From NCBI GenBank assembly GCA_047495785.1, contig JBLDXI010000110.1, positions 9,451 through 73,450 of the forward strand: 64,000 bases of DNA. Reading direction: 5' to 3'. Below are positions 37,956-50,539 of the stretch, piece after piece. The notes under the pieces are model-generated. The model saw only the letters and a program-made list of their open reading frames with translations. It ran no database searches and was not told the origin of the DNA. Every line of letters starts with the position of its first letter. The first letter of the stretch is position 1. The position numbers were made by a program, and so were the translations under genes. This DNA comes from Lepidodermella squamata (Eukaryota; Animalia; Gastrotricha).

Positions 37956-39330
37956 ATGGAGTGGCAAACTGTCAACGACACGTCCAAGTCCAAGTTCCGC
38001 ATCGTGATAGTCGACGGAATTGAGGTGGATGAAGCACCAGGTGCCAAGGCGGTAATGCAGGCGCAAATTCCAAGCGGCGACCAAGCGGCACGCATGGAAG
38101 CGCGATCGAAACACCTTGACGAAGACCGGCGTAAAGCCGTGTGCGTGAACTTCTTCGACGGCGCTACTGTTGACGACATCCTTGACGGCTGGGAAGACGT
38201 CGTAGACCAGGTCTGGCCTATCAAAGGCACAACGACGTGCTTCGGGGTTCTCTGCAAATCGGTACGCCTCTGCGAGGAACTCGTGGCCAGAGGGCGCGAC
38301 TTCCTTGGCCTCCGCATAGCCGCAAGAGTGTGGCGCTCCGACCCAGAGGTCGAGATATGCAACAGATGTTTGAATATTGGCCATTATACGGGGAACTGTC
38401 GAGCAGCTCTCCGGTGTTCTATCTGTGGGCAAGAAGGCCATGATAGTAGTAGTTGCAAGCAACTGGCGAAGAGGTGCGCCAGGTGTGACGGTATACATTC
38501 CGGATTCTACAGAGGCTGTCGTATAGTTAATTAAGGCCGAAGCGGAGCGTCGACGCAAGGCCGAAGCTAGGGCTGAAGCTAGGGCCATCAGAAACCGAAG
38601 CGCCGGTGACGCCACCCTCCGAAATGGCATGTCGTTCGCAGGAGCGACCGGAGGAAGACACTTCCATCACCAAGCTCCACCACCAGTACCGCCACCAGTA
38701 CCACCACCAGTCCCACCACCAGTACCGCCGCCAGCACCACCAGGTTTTGAGTCAACTCAACCGAACCCAAGGCCGACACTTCGGAACAGTCAACAGAACG
38801 AGTCAACACTATCATCGGATGAAAGAACCGAGTTGACCACCTTGCGCTTCAGCGTAGCCGCACAGGCGGCTGAAATTGACCGATTGAACACCTCCGTCGA
38901 GCGCCTCACAGCCGCACTAGAGAGGCTGATGAGTCAGGGTCTGCCAGTGCCACCAGTAGTCGCAGCCGCAGCACAGCCTTTTCCAATCCAATCTATAGGT
39001 AGCATCGAAAATCCAACCTCACCACCCTTTCAATGGGACGTTGGTCAACTCGGCAAACCGATGATTATCCAATCGCAGTTTAGCAATCAGCCTTCCTTAG
39101 CACAGCGACAATTTACTGGAGTGCCCCACCAATACTCCAGTAATGCCTAGTCTTAGTAAGTTCAAAAAGAGTAGAATCACAGTAGTGCAGTGGAATTGCC
39201 AGGGCATCAATGCTTTCCGAGTTGATAGATTAGGTGCGTACGGGCCAAATTGTGGCGGCATCGCAATCTTTATTAGTCAGCAAAAGCCAATATTAGATTT
39301 TGCCGAAGTGAAGTTTACGCCAGCTTCTAG
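37956..39330 (+). mobile_element. 5' portion of an I/Jockey-group LINE: ORF1 with 3 zinc knuckles and start of the APE endonuclease
   Basis: CNRCLNIGHYTGNC, CSICGQEGHDSSSC, CARCDGIHSGFYRGC; ITVVQWNCQGI..GGIAIFI; premature stop at 38532; PPPV repeats at 38677-38740. Confidence 0.8.
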
Positions 39331-40199
39331 AGGCGAGTGGCTTGCAGTTGAGCTACTAGCTTGCGAAGTCAACGCCTCGACGAGACTTACGACTGCCACA
39401 GGGCACAATCCTTGTAGATTCAGTCAAAATTCAACCATCAACCGGCTCACGTTCAACGACCATTTTCTGGAGTTCCTCTTCAATACTCTAATAATGCCTG
39501 GTCTCAGCAAATTACGAAGAAGCAGATTTTATCGGTGGCCCGTGTGCTGCGGTTGCTTTATGGTTTAGGCGACGGGTGTCGCTTCTGAGAGGCTGTTTTG
39601 ACGTTTTTAGATAATAATTTTCAATTGTTGTCGGATTACACTGGATCTGCTTCCTAACTCGATCTGTTGCCGCCCGCATTTAGCCTACGCGCTACGTGCT
39701 AGGCTGGGTGATTGTTGAACTTTTTCGAGCAATAAAACAAAACATTCCTCCCGTGGTCGCGTTAGAAAATTTTTAGAATTTTTGCTGCGTACGCGATATC
39801 ATCGAGGACCGTTTTAACTGTTTGCAATTCTCCTTCAATAGGATGAAGAACGAAGCAGCACTTTATTCTTAAATCAAATTAAATTAAATTTTGTTCAAAA
39901 TCTTGATCGCGTCGTGGATTTTTTAAACGCATTAGCGAAAAACATTCTTTAAAACCCGAAAATTGATTTGCTAGACTTACGAATAGTGGCAGTACTCAAG
40001 ATGATCTTCGTCCCCAGTCGAATAAAATCATTATTGACGCTTAGCTCCAGTCCGAATTGAGCGCCATTTCAAATAGTTATTGAAGGAGTTGAGAATTAAT
40101 GGCAAATCAGCGCGGCCCATCTTTCCAACAACGAGTTCCAAAATGACGTGAACATGTGGCAATTGATTAGATATCAAATAATGATACCCCATCACCTCG

Positions 40200-41130
40200 A
40201 TTTAAGTTTCCTTCGAGTATCGCCCAGAATCAGAATCTGCTTCAGGTCTGGCGATGTTTACACCGATCCCAAGATAAGAATCGTAATTACCAGGAGCGAA
40301 GTTCGCTTGAAGTCGACCAATTGAAACGGTCAAACGCCAGCTGAAGGATAATTGATCCACAAATTTCGACGGCAATATCCCTAATTTTAGAACAGTGAGA
40401 GCCGTGGCCGACAAAAAAATTCGAGTCGAAACTTGTGAGCATTAGAGGAACGGTATAGTAACTAATTGATTTCCAGCTATGTGACTTGTAGCATAAGCCA
40501 TTTTGACTCAGCTTTGCTTGAATCTTCCGGATGAATTCGCTGCCTGACATTCCGTTGTTTTGCGCTTCTTGATATTTCGAGGAGACGACCAGTCAACACA
40601 GATCGTTGCTCCGATGAACGGATGAGATTCATTCTACGGCGACTGACCAGGGTCGAGAAAAACACATCACCGAGTTTCCAATATTACTTCAATGCCGAAT
40701 TCGGAATTTCCATTTTCAACATCTTTAAATTCTAGAATCATATAACAGAACAACTATAATATTTGCCGTAGAAAAGTTGATTCGCAAAGTTGCGAGGCAG
40801 CAAAATCAAACAGGTAACATTCTCTCGCGCCATTACTAGTCGTTGAAGCTCTGCCGCAACAAAATGTGCCGAATATGATGGGAAACTTTCGATCGGAGGC
40901 CGTCGAATTCCAACTTGATGAAAAACGATCAAATAATCTGTCGCACATTATTTCTATTCTCAGGTTGCGCTCAAAAGAGTGATCACGATCATTCTGATCC
41001 GCTCCGGGTTGTTGCAACACAGCGTAGACCGATTACAATGGAGACATTGAAAGAGCATTTCAATTTGATCCACCCTACTTCATCCGGATCTCTTGTCGAC
41101 AGGACACAGATATATTCGAGTTATTGCAGC
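40200..41130 (-). pseudogene. Possible very decayed Ig-domain gene fragments
   Basis: LRCVATTRSGS, ECQAANSSG and DSDSGRY motifs in different frames. Confidence 0.3.
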
Positions 41131-41249
41131 AGAGCCTAAGTCGAGAATGAAGTCAGAAGTAATTGAGTTGCGAGTTTACAAGGCTGTTTAATACAGCTTT
41201 ACATTCAGTTAGTAACATTATTAGCTAGGTACGAAGGGCGTGGTACCCG

Positions 41250-43040
41250 CTACCTGCATTTACTGTGGACAAATCCTCCGTGTTCCTCGAAACCCAGGCA
41301 GCTGTCGGCTAAAATATTACGCAGTACTTGGTATTCATTTTTCATGGCGATGTTCCACTGCTCCATCGCTTTTTCGATTGTTTGGGAGCTGTAGCGACAT
41401 TAGCGACTGGCGATTCAATTCCGTATTATGGGCATTCAATAGATCGGTGATCGAGTGATTGTAGTTCCAAGCGCCAACCCGGTTGCAGATGGAGAAACAA
41501 CATGATCAATGTATCCATTCACCATTGAGTCTTCAGCACTCCAATTAGGCTGATTATTATTTGATAAGCTTGGTTTCATGTTCCGCTCACATCGACAGCC
41601 GGTAGCTCAGCGTCTATAACACTCTTTCAGCATTGCAGCTGTTGACATCAGACACTGTAAAGCCCATTTCATTTCCTCAAGTGATAACTGGTCATTAATG
41701 ATGACAACGACGAGAAATCCCGTGGAACTAAGGAGTTTCATGCGGGAACTCACGAGACATCAATTAAAAGGAGGTCCATGTGCAAGGTTGTGAGCAATGC
41801 ATAGCTGGAGTGCACGCTTGATGGATGAGGGCCAACGAACACGCACTTCGCAGTCATCGGACCAAAAGAATTAAGCATTTGCCATTTCTCGTTAAACTTC
41901 AGATAAGTAATTAGTTGACAACCATTATACACAAAACACCAATTCAGAGGCGACTGGTTTCTTCCAAGTCCTAATATTCACCAGTAATGATCGCACAGTC
42001 AAAAATCCATCAATCCTTTTCCAGTATTGCATTGCTGCTGTTCGAAAAACAGGTTTCGCGTCTTCAGTGTTGATAAAATCGCGCATGTTGCGATGTCATA
42101 AAATATAAAAAAAGCAGTGGTGGTGGTGGTCGATGGTAATTCCGTAATATAGATCGGTACACAAGTAACATGTAACAAAGGCCAAGGTTGCCGCACCTAG
42201 CTTCAACGACATGGCCGACATAAATTCCTATTAGATAGATGAGCCGAGTACGGTTGCAGCGACAATTTCCTTTGGGCTTCAGATCTGCGAAATATCTGCG
42301 AGGCAACGTGAGTAAAGAGGGTCGTAGATAATCCCTAGAAGCCTCCATTTGATGCAATGAAGCTCAGAACTTCGAAGTCTGGAGTTAACCATGGAGATGA
42401 AAGCTGATAAGAGCCCATATTTGCACAGGAGGCACAGGAGGCGCCGAAGGTGGACGGCGGAAGGAATTTTTTGCACCGTGTACTTCAAATCAGTGGGGTC
42501 AAAGCTCGCAAAATCTCGAGTCAACCGTCGGAGTATAAACTGGACAAAGGAGTCAACGCGTAATCGCTTAATTGGCTTTAAATCCAATTAGCTATTGTCG
42601 TGCCGGAGTAAATGAGTCCGTCGTCAACGTTTTGCCTCAATTGCTTCAAATGAAAGAAACGATGCCGAGACACGAATGACGTATAACTAGTTCTGCGTTC
42701 TGCCACATAGCAGAAGTAAGTAGCAGTCGATAGAATAGCTTCACACTGGTCCAAGTGAACAGCCTAGGTCCCAACATCTAGCTTCCCCTTGAGTGGAGGT
42801 GATGATGATGATGACGGCTTTCCATCCCGTTCACGGTTTTGCCGCTTGCACAGTAGAGGCACAAATTCTTTCGACTAGTTCTCGCCACCAGATTCTGTTG
42901 CTGTCCAGCTCCCCCAGATGGACGAGGTCTTTGTGGCAATTCACCGGAGGGCTGGGGAGCCAGGGCTGTCTCTTAGGTTGAGTTGAGGTACCATTTTGAA
43001 CATATGAAGAAGCAGCGCGCGCAAGTTCAAAAAACGCCAT
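41250..43040 (-). mobile_element. Very decayed LTR-retrotransposon remnant
   Basis: gag-like VSRHRFFHLKQ near 42650; weak pol-like fragments. Confidence 0.35.
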
Positions 43041-43959
43041 GTCAAAGCTATCAGCAGCAAATTTTAATAATGTAAAATTTCAGCAACAAAAAATTGTATA
43101 AATAAATTTTGTAAGTTAGTGATACAAGATTAAGTATTGTTTTGCCGCATGTATTTTTGAAAAATGTTTCGGTTTTGAGTTTCGGTGACTCTGCTTACGT
43201 CGCCATCACCAAACCCAGCAAGCCAATGTCCCCCGTGTCCATCCACCGACCTGAATAATTTCTCCTGCGGGTGCAAAAACACAGCGAAAGACTGCAACCA
43301 ACACTGGTACATACCGTACCGTCATGATCGACAATGTCCGTCGGAATCTCAACCGGTTCTTACCCGACCGGAACCCCAACTCAATTAGGCTGTCGCTCGG
43401 CTTCATTCCGAAAACTTTACTCACTGATAATGGCGGCAAGACTTCTGCCGATTCTCAACGCCTTTTCGACCGCGATGGGTTTGACTCTGAGGCTAACCGT
43501 GACTCCGCCTTCCGTGTTCACCGTCGTGGCCAGCCAGATCCTCAGGTTATCTTTTAATGAGCAAAAAACGTTATTTTTCGCCGAACTCGTGCATCAAATC
43601 AATGCGATCAGCTCATGACTAGTCCGACACGTGACGCAGAGATTTTGGTTAAAGCCCCGGCGTCCTGGCACGTCTCGTCACGCAGGCAGGGCTCAGGGCT
43701 GGCTTATTTATTTAATCCGTTTGTAGAGCACGTTAGAAAGCTCAAGTATAGAAGGACAATGGATTCGTTAAGGTTTCATCAAACTGTACATAATCGGCTT
43801 GAAGTGCTTGTCCTTCCGCGACACGAACAATTGTTTACTGTGAGGGACGCCTGTCTGAACTGTTCGAGGAAAAAGAGGTTTCTACAGCCACCGTCTTCTC
43901 CGGCTTGAAAACGCTTTAGCTGAGCTCACAGGCCTTGTCCAGGCGATGATGCGGCCGTC

Positions 43960-44860
43960 TCCTGCTCCCGCTACGGGCGAGCCTCCTGCTCTGGCTCGTC
44001 CTGCACGTCCAAGATAGACGTGCCGATGATCACCCGCAAACGGTTGTTCTGCAGAACGATGAAGTGCTTTTTCTGCGCATACGACGCGCCCAACCAGGTC
44101 ACGCAAGAGTACTCCAGAACCGGCCTCACCATCGTCAAGTACAGCAGCTTCTGCGTCAAGCGCCACGCCAAGGTACTTCGCCGTTGCAACCTTCGGCAGC
44201 TTCTCGTTTCCAACGGACAGCCGGTCGTCGTCGTTGACTTGTCCTCCAAACCGCGGCATTTGGCACTTCGGCTGGCCAAGCGGCAACTTCCAGAGTCGGC
44301 TCCACCAAGAAAACCGAATCAGTGCCGTCTGCACCCGCTGCTTCGTCATACCCGTGAATCGAGCAAGCCACAGCAAACTAGCACGTCGTCAGCAAATTAG
44401 GCGATGAAGGCCTTGCGCTCGTCCCTGTTGTTATCCGGCATTAGGTCCGCTGTAAAAAGGCAAAGAGTATTGAGCTTTAATGAGGACCCTTGCCCCTTGC
44501 CCTTGAGGGAGCCCTGAGCCGATATCTGCCGTCTGACTGAAACAACTACGCACTTTTCGGCCAGTCAGGAAGGATGAGACCCGGCGCACCATAAGCCTTG
44601 GTACTGCGACGCACACGCGCGCAGGGAGTTGTGACCACCGCGTTGAAGGCGCCTTCGAAGTGCAGCAGTGCCGCGATCATCACCATCTTCGTTCGACGAC
44701 GCCGTGCCATCGCTGTGGCCTGCGAGAATCGGAATGTTTGATCGCTCGTCGATCGGCGTACAGTAAAACCTGTTATCTCCAAGCTCGAAGGCTCACGGCG
44801 CGACTCGACCCCTTTTCGACTTCCAGGGAGATTCGAGATAGAGATAGACCGAAGAAAACA
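43960..44860 (-). mobile_element. Decayed LINE RT fragment
   Basis: GFTVRRSTSDQ, FEGAFNAV, SGLPQG, KYLGVALD, LYLTMVRPVLEYSCVTW. Confidence 0.8.
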
Positions 44861-44952
44861 TAGGAAATCATGAGACGTAGCTACTCATGAAATAGCCCCA
44901 CGCGTTTATTTCATCGGCAATTACAAACTGACGGCCTGACGACACTTGAAAG

Positions 44953-45087
44953 TGACGGAGAAACTCCCCGTATTTTATGCGTCCTCTCTTATCCTCCTTG
45001 ACGTTATTTTACGCGCATTACCTCCTTGACGTTCGTACGGACGGATGGACGAAACTCGCTCCACGACAACGGGGAGTTTCCCCGTCA
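44953..45087. mobile_element. 135-bp miniature element with 18-bp inverted ends
   Basis: TGACGGAGAAACTCCCCG / CGGGGAGTTTCCCCGTCA (17/18 match). Confidence 0.75.
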
Positions 45088-45399
45088 TTGGTTTCAAAAC
45101 GATAATCAATACAATCAATATTTTAATGTAAAGGGAATGACCTGGTTCGCTATGAGCTATTAAACTGAGAATATGCCAAAAAAAATAATAAGTTGAGATT
45201 AAAAGACTGAATTAACCGAGACTGAACACTTTATTCCTTATTTACAGCAGTTTAAATAGAGCTAACTCCCGCCATTATTATTCATAATAACAATCACTCC
45301 ACGCGATCTCCGAAGCACGCGATCTTGGTCAGGGTGAGAAAATACGCTTGGCTAGAGACCAACCTCACATAATGAATGCTAGCGCTGGATTTAAAATAG

Positions 45400-46085
45400 T
45401 GGGTGATGCTAGGCTGCCTAAGGCAAGCTGCGCGCTTTTGGTGAATTTGATTTTCACGTGAGAGTATCGCCCAGCTGAATTCCGGAAGGATTAGATAAGC
45501 GCTGTATCAATCGCTGTCAAAGCGTCATCGAGCGTAGGCGGCTCGAGAACAGGAACGCCGTCTATTGTCTCTTCGAGCACTTCGATAGCCCCAGCGTTTT
45601 CCGCGACGCTTTGAGCGGCTTCTTCTTTTCGACGTTCGAGCACGAAACGCGCGACATCGTCAGCGGTTTGACCTTCGGGTTCGTAATGAACTGGCAAATC
45701 ATGGTCGAAGTCGACGTTTTCAAGATTTAAATCACCGGAAATCGCGGTCCTTAATTGATCGAGGCCAACTACAAGGCTTGACAGCAGGATTTCGTCCTCA
45801 GCAGCTGACTGGCGGGCGATATGCCGCTTTTCGTAAAACACTTTACGAATGTTTCCTGCCTGATCAAATTCCACGACGCATTTATCCAGTTTACGGCGTC
45901 GTAAAGTGATCCTTTTCTTGAAATCCGAAGCCGTCTCGAAGCTGTCGATGCGAGAAACTCGGCGCTGAAGCAAACACTTGTGAAAGTGCAATTTACCATT
46001 GTGAATAAGGCCTTGGTCGAACGGCTGGGCTTCACACTTGTGGAATTAGGAGGCAAAAACACCAGATTGATGTTCGACATTTCAA
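45400..46085 (-). mobile_element. Tigger/pogo DDE_1 transposase C-terminal remnant
   Basis: SNINLVFLPPNSTS; SLYDAVNWINASWNLIRQETFVKCFTKSG. Confidence 0.8.
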
Positions 46086-46112
46086 TTTCGACAATTCAAC
46101 TGTCGGAAAAAG

Positions 46113-46340
46113 CTACACGGGACGGTAAACTGACCGTTTCGACAAGTTCTTCCCTGACCTCGGAAGCGGGACAATTACTGCCACCTTCCACCTCTCCGAC
46201 ACGAACCCACAAGCCAGGCTTGTACAAATGCCGCAAATAAGCCCAAAGCACTGGAGCGCCTTCCTGATGAGAACGCTCGAGATCTCATCGCGCCCTAGAG
46301 CCTTGAGATTCAAACGCCGCACCGCGCTTCTCATGAGATT
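46113..46340 (-). mobile_element. LINE ORF2 fragment (region upstream of RT)
   Basis: KALGRDEI..WKVAVIVPLPRSGK..YRPV. Confidence 0.7.
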
Positions 46341-46468
46341 ATTACTTTCACGTGAATTTCGATCGGGTTAAAACAATTCCCGATCTTCTCGAACAACCCT
46401 CTCCTTGATCTCCGTGATGTGCCTTGATCTCCGCATCTTTCTCGACCTTAGAGTTAAGGTTCAACTGA

Positions 46469-46711
46469 GAAAAACGGTGGCTTGCCAAATCATGCGGTTG
46501 TGATGGAGAAGTTCAGAAGAATGAACTATCGATACTCATTTGTGCGACGTGTGCGTGCTGCGGGGAATGACGGGGAACACCCCGTTTTTTAAGCGGGCAC
46601 TCATAACTCACTCATACCGCCGCACGCAAACGTCGCACAAATGAATATCGATAGTTCATTCTTCTGAACTTCTCCATCACAACCGCATGATTTGGCAAGC
46701 CACCGTTTTTC
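46469..46711. repeat. About 95-bp inverted duplication of the CR1 ORF2 3' end
   Basis: 46469-46563 is the reverse complement of 46617-46711, with few mismatches. Confidence 0.9.
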
Positions 46712-49368
46712 GATATAGTGAAGAAACGAGAAAATTGTTCGTCCACCATATTCAGATAAAGCTTATGGCAGAGAGCTAGATCGTGCAGAAAACGACGCAT
46801 CTCTAAGGATAACATTCCTAATTTCCCAAGTCTTTCTTCATATGAGGCACCTTCAATTGTCGAGTAGTATGAGCTGCAATATAATAATCTTTTCGTGAAA
46901 CGGGCTTGTACAGATTCTAATGCCTGAATATCCTTGAGCAGATATGGAGAGTACACAGAAGGGCAGTAGTCGAGTCTTGACATTGTGTAGGTCTTATAAG
47001 CCTTGAGGCGAAGGGATTTGGAACTAAATGATTTACAGATTAGGCCGTTCATACGATGGCACTTTAATGCGAGTGCTTCACAATGCTCAGAAAAATTCAA
47101 ATCCTTGTCAACAATTATTCCAAGATCCTTCACAGATTCAACGACATTTAGTTCGACACCTTTTATCCTGAATTTAAAGGAGAGACCTCTGCTACCAAGC
47201 CAAAGTACAACACACTTCTTTGAATTCACGGATAGGCCGTTTTCTTCAAACCATTCGATGATTTTGTCCAGGTCCCGCTGCAACTCAATGCAATCGGCTA
47301 GGCTGCGAATGGCGTGGTAGAGCTTCGTGTCATCTGCGAAGAATTTTGCAAGGGACGTCTTGATCAGCTCATTGACATCGGCAGTAAAAATCAGGAAAAG
47401 CAGTGGGCCCAAAACCGAGCCCTGAGGCACGCCAGAGGTAACAGATGACCAGTCCGAGACGCTTGAGTTAACAACAGTTCTGAAGAAACGATCGGAAAGG
47501 AAGGCTTTAATCCAATCGTGAAGCTTGCCACATATGTTGATATCGCGTAGCTTAGACAGTAATAAAACAATCGGAACAACGTCAAAGGCTTTTGATAGAT
47601 CGAGATATATCACTATTATATCCAGCATCTGGTTGAGAATTTTCAGCCAGTCTGCTATGCATGATAGTAGTTGCGTTTCGCAACTTCGACGGGATAAGAA
47701 GCCGTACTGGTTTTTAGAGATCAGGTTATTTCTGTATAGATATAGGAGAAGATGTTCCTTAACAATGGTTTCCTGCGTTTTACAAAGAATACAAGTCAGA
47801 CTAATTGGGCGATAGTTTCCAGCACATGAAGCATCACCGTTACGCTTGAAAATTGGTGTAACATTGGCGTGTTTCCAAACTAAGGGTATTTCCCCACTGT
47901 TTAACGAGAGGCTGAAAATGAAAGCAACAGGAATCGATATAGAACAAGCAAGTTTCTTAATTAGAACCGCCGGTAGATTATCAGGCCCGCCTATTGGCTT
48001 TTCTTTCATTCCACACAACACAGCATAAACACACTCGGGCGAAAATTCAATATTCTGCAAACAATCCGATACAGCCTTGAAATTACTAGTAGGCTCAAAT
48101 TTTTCTTTGTTATACGCACCAGCAAACTGTTTCCTGAAAACTTCAGCCTTTTCCGAGTCGCTAACAATTGGTTCGTTTTCATACACGATGGCAGGTATAG
48201 CAGGACGAGAGCTAAATCGAAGCGAGAAGTAGTTGTATAAATCATTAATTTCACTATTTGACAGTAGATTGTCTTCATAACTACGCCGGGCCTTACGGTT
48301 TTCGGTGTCGTAAAGGCTACTGGCAGTTTTGTAGCGAACATAGTCAGATGATGTTTTCCCATTTTTTACCCAATTGGCAAACAAACGACTTTTACGGTTA
48401 GATAGCCGCACAAGTTCAGAGGACATCCACGGCATTCGACGCTTCTTTCGTTTGCGCGATTTACGCCGAGGTACAAACAGCAAGATTCCTTTATAAAGAG
48501 CATGAAGAAAACGAGTATAGCAAAGGTCCACAGATAGATTAGCGAATGTCTCTATCCAGTTAATAGAATCCAGGTAGTAAGAGAAACTGACGTAGTCACA
48601 TTTGTTAAAGCAGAATACGCTTTTTATCGTTGATTTTTTCTCGACAGCGGAGAGACGAATATTAATCCTGAATTGTACTACATTGTGATCACATTTCAAA
48701 GCAAGCGGCTCAAGAACTTCAACATTAGAAATTATATTAGCTCTGTTAGATATTACCAGGTCAAGAATATTATCACCTCTAGTCGGTTTGTCGACGTATT
48801 GTATTAAGGCATTAGTCACCATGAAGTCAGCGAATGATGTATAAAGAAATTTACCCGGATTCCTAAAAGCAACCCAGTCGAATTCTGGTAAATTAAAGTC
48901 ACCGATTAGCACGCATATGATGTTAGTATTTAACTGGGACTGAAGATATTCAACGAGATTAGTGATTGAATTAGTCGGAGAATTAGGTGAACGGTAAACA
49001 GCGATGATGCGCAAGGCAACACCATCAACTAAACACTGACAAGTAACACATTCAATAAATCCATCATACGAGTAGCTGCTTAGTTTACGTGGATTAAGTG
49101 ATTTGTGGATGAAGCACGCAGACCCACCACTTTTCAACAGAACTCTATCCTGCGTGAACGATATATAGCCAAGATTTTCCAACGTATTTACATTTCTATT
49201 GTCATTTGTAAAGCCTGATTCCACGACTACAATGATCAGCGGAATAATCTCAGATATTTTGGATAGCAACTTATCGATCTTATTATTTAGCGAATTGGCA
49301 TTACAGTAGAAAACTGGAAGGTATGGTTGTATTTGATGCTGCTCTTCCCCAGTGGGGGCGCCAATGAC
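46612..49368 (-). CDS. CR1-clade LINE ORF2 (APE endonuclease + reverse transcriptase)
   Basis: FYCNANSL, GDFNLP, TRGDNILDL, CDH, NYRPISLT, QYGF, YLDLSKAFD, GVPQGSVLGPLLF, FFADDTK, KDLGI; open for more than 900 codons. Confidence 0.95.
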   Translation of the reverse strand, partial: VIGAPTGEEQHQIQPYLPVFYCNANSLNNKIDKLLSKISEIIPLIIVVVESGFTNDNRNVNTLENLGYISFTQDRVLLKSGGSACFIHKSLNPRKLSSYSYDGFIECVTCQCLVDGVALRIIAVYRSPNSPTNSITNLVEYLQSQLNTNIICVLIGDFNLPEFDWVAFRNPGKFLYTSFADFMVTNALIQYVDKPTRGDNILDLVISNRANIISNVEVLEPLALKCDHNVVQFRINIRLSAVEKKSTIKSVFCFNKCDYVSFSYYLDSINWIETFANLSVDLCYTRFLHALYKGILLFVPRRKSRKRKKRRMPWMSSELVRLSNRKSRLFANWVKNGKTSSDYVRYKTASSLYDTENRKARRSYEDNLLSNSEINDLYNYFSLRFSSRPAIPAIVYENEPIVSDSEKAEVFRKQFAGAYNKEKFEPTSNFKAVSDCLQNIEFSPECVYAVLCGMKEKPIGGPDNLPAVLIKKLACSISIPVAFIFSLSLNSGEIPLVWKHANVTPIFKRNGDASCAGNYRPISLTCILCKTQETIVKEHLLLYLYRNNLISKNQYGFLSRRSCETQLLSCIADWLKILNQMLDIIVIYLDLSKAFDVVPIVLLLSKLRDINICGKLHDWIKAFLSDRFFRTVVNSSVSDWSSVTSGVPQGSVLGPLLFLIFTADVNELIKTSLAKFFADDTKLYHAIRSLADCIELQRDLDKIIEWFEENGLSVNSKKCVVLWLGSRGLSFKFRIKGVELNVVESVKDLGIIVDKDLNFSEHCEALALKCHRMNGLICKSFSSKSLRLKAYKTYTMSRLDYCPSVYSPYLLKDIQALESVQARFTKRLLYCSSYYSTIEGASYEERLGKLGMLSLEMRRFLHDLALCHKLYLNMVDEQFSRFFTISKNGGLPNHAVVMEKFRRMNYRYSFVRRLRAAV

Positions 49369-50043
49369 CTATTCACGGAAGATTTCAGAAAACATAAGCG
49401 AGTCACATATATTCACGTGCGAGTCAAGAAGGTGTATGAATTTCTCATACGATGGCGCAGATTTTTTTACGACCATCTCTTGTTTTTCAAGCATCCTTTC
49501 AAACTTCATATTAAAGTCAGTACAAAATGTCTCGAAGCTCGGGGCTAATGATGGCTGATAATTTTTGCTGGTCTTTGCCGGACGATATTCGCAGACTTGA
49601 GCTACACTTGGCATAACTGAAAGGAGATGGTGAGAGAACGAGGGCGTTTCAGGAGGCTTGTCAACTTGTTTATCGCATCCGCAGAAATAACCCACATTAC
49701 TGTCTATTTTAGCAATCAATATCAACACATTTTTGGGCAATTTCGAACATTCCGAGTGGACACTACAGCCGCATAGCCGACATGCGATAGCCGATTGGAA
49801 ATTTTTAATCCCACAGTCACATTTAACACACATGGATTTCTTTTGGTTATCGAACCCTGATATTGCTTCGAAGTCCTTCACGTTGATCGATGTCTGTCCA
49901 TACGGCAGGTTAAGACGATTGAGTAGCACTGTCGGTACCAGCTTGTTGCTGTCTGCACGTGCTGACGTTTCGTTTGCCCTGGAGGTCGGTGCTTTACTAG
50001 CGCGTGCCGCTCTAGTGCTGTTTTGCTGGCTGGCACGCGTTGA
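49369..50043 (-). CDS. CR1 ORF1 with a PHD finger
   Basis: CVKC..AIACRLCGCSVHSEC..YFCGC; ATG at MSTRASQ. Confidence 0.8.
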   Translation of the reverse strand, partial: STRASQQNSTRAARASKAPTSRANETSARADSNKLVPTVLLNRLNLPYGQTSINVKDFEAISGFDNQKKSMCVKCDCGIKNFQSAIACRLCGCSVHSECSKLPKNVLILIAKIDSNVGYFCGCDKQVDKPPETPSFSHHLLSVMPSVAQVCEYRPAKTSKNYQPSLAPSFETFCTDFNMKFERMLEKQEMVVKKSAPSYEKFIHLLDSHVNICDSLMFSEIFRE

Positions 50044-50539
50044 CATGATGGTGTGGTAGGTTGAAGTCCGGAAAATTTCAAATTTCAAATTCAAAACTTG
50101 GAATTTGGACCCTTGACCGGGCACGGAAAGCGGCTTGTCGATGCCCGGTTAGTGAAAATAGGCGATTGGTAAAAAAAACAGGTAATACTTGCTTTTTGGT
50201 GACGCGGTGCAGTCGGCGAGAGTCAGTTGCAGTCCAACGCCAGAGCCACCACGACACAGACGGATTGGATAAAAATGTTCAATAGTAATTTAACCGTGCT
50301 AGCGCTGTCGAAACCGGGTGTTAGGAAACCCGGTACGCACTACACGTCTCCTATCTTAGAATTCGAAAATCGATACGCAGATATTTCGACTATATGTCAG
50401 ATATTTCTGGACTACTAGAAGCATTGTCTGTGAACTAGAACAATATATGCTGTTTCAGGGGTGAGGCGCATCGGCCCTTTTTAGTTGCTAAACGTCGCGA
50501 GACAAAATGCAAAAATAAATCAGTGTATCAGTGTATCAG

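Noticed and set aside
43130-43560. Cys-rich secreted or fibrinogen-like fragment
   Set aside because: Frameshifted and lacks diagnostic motifs.
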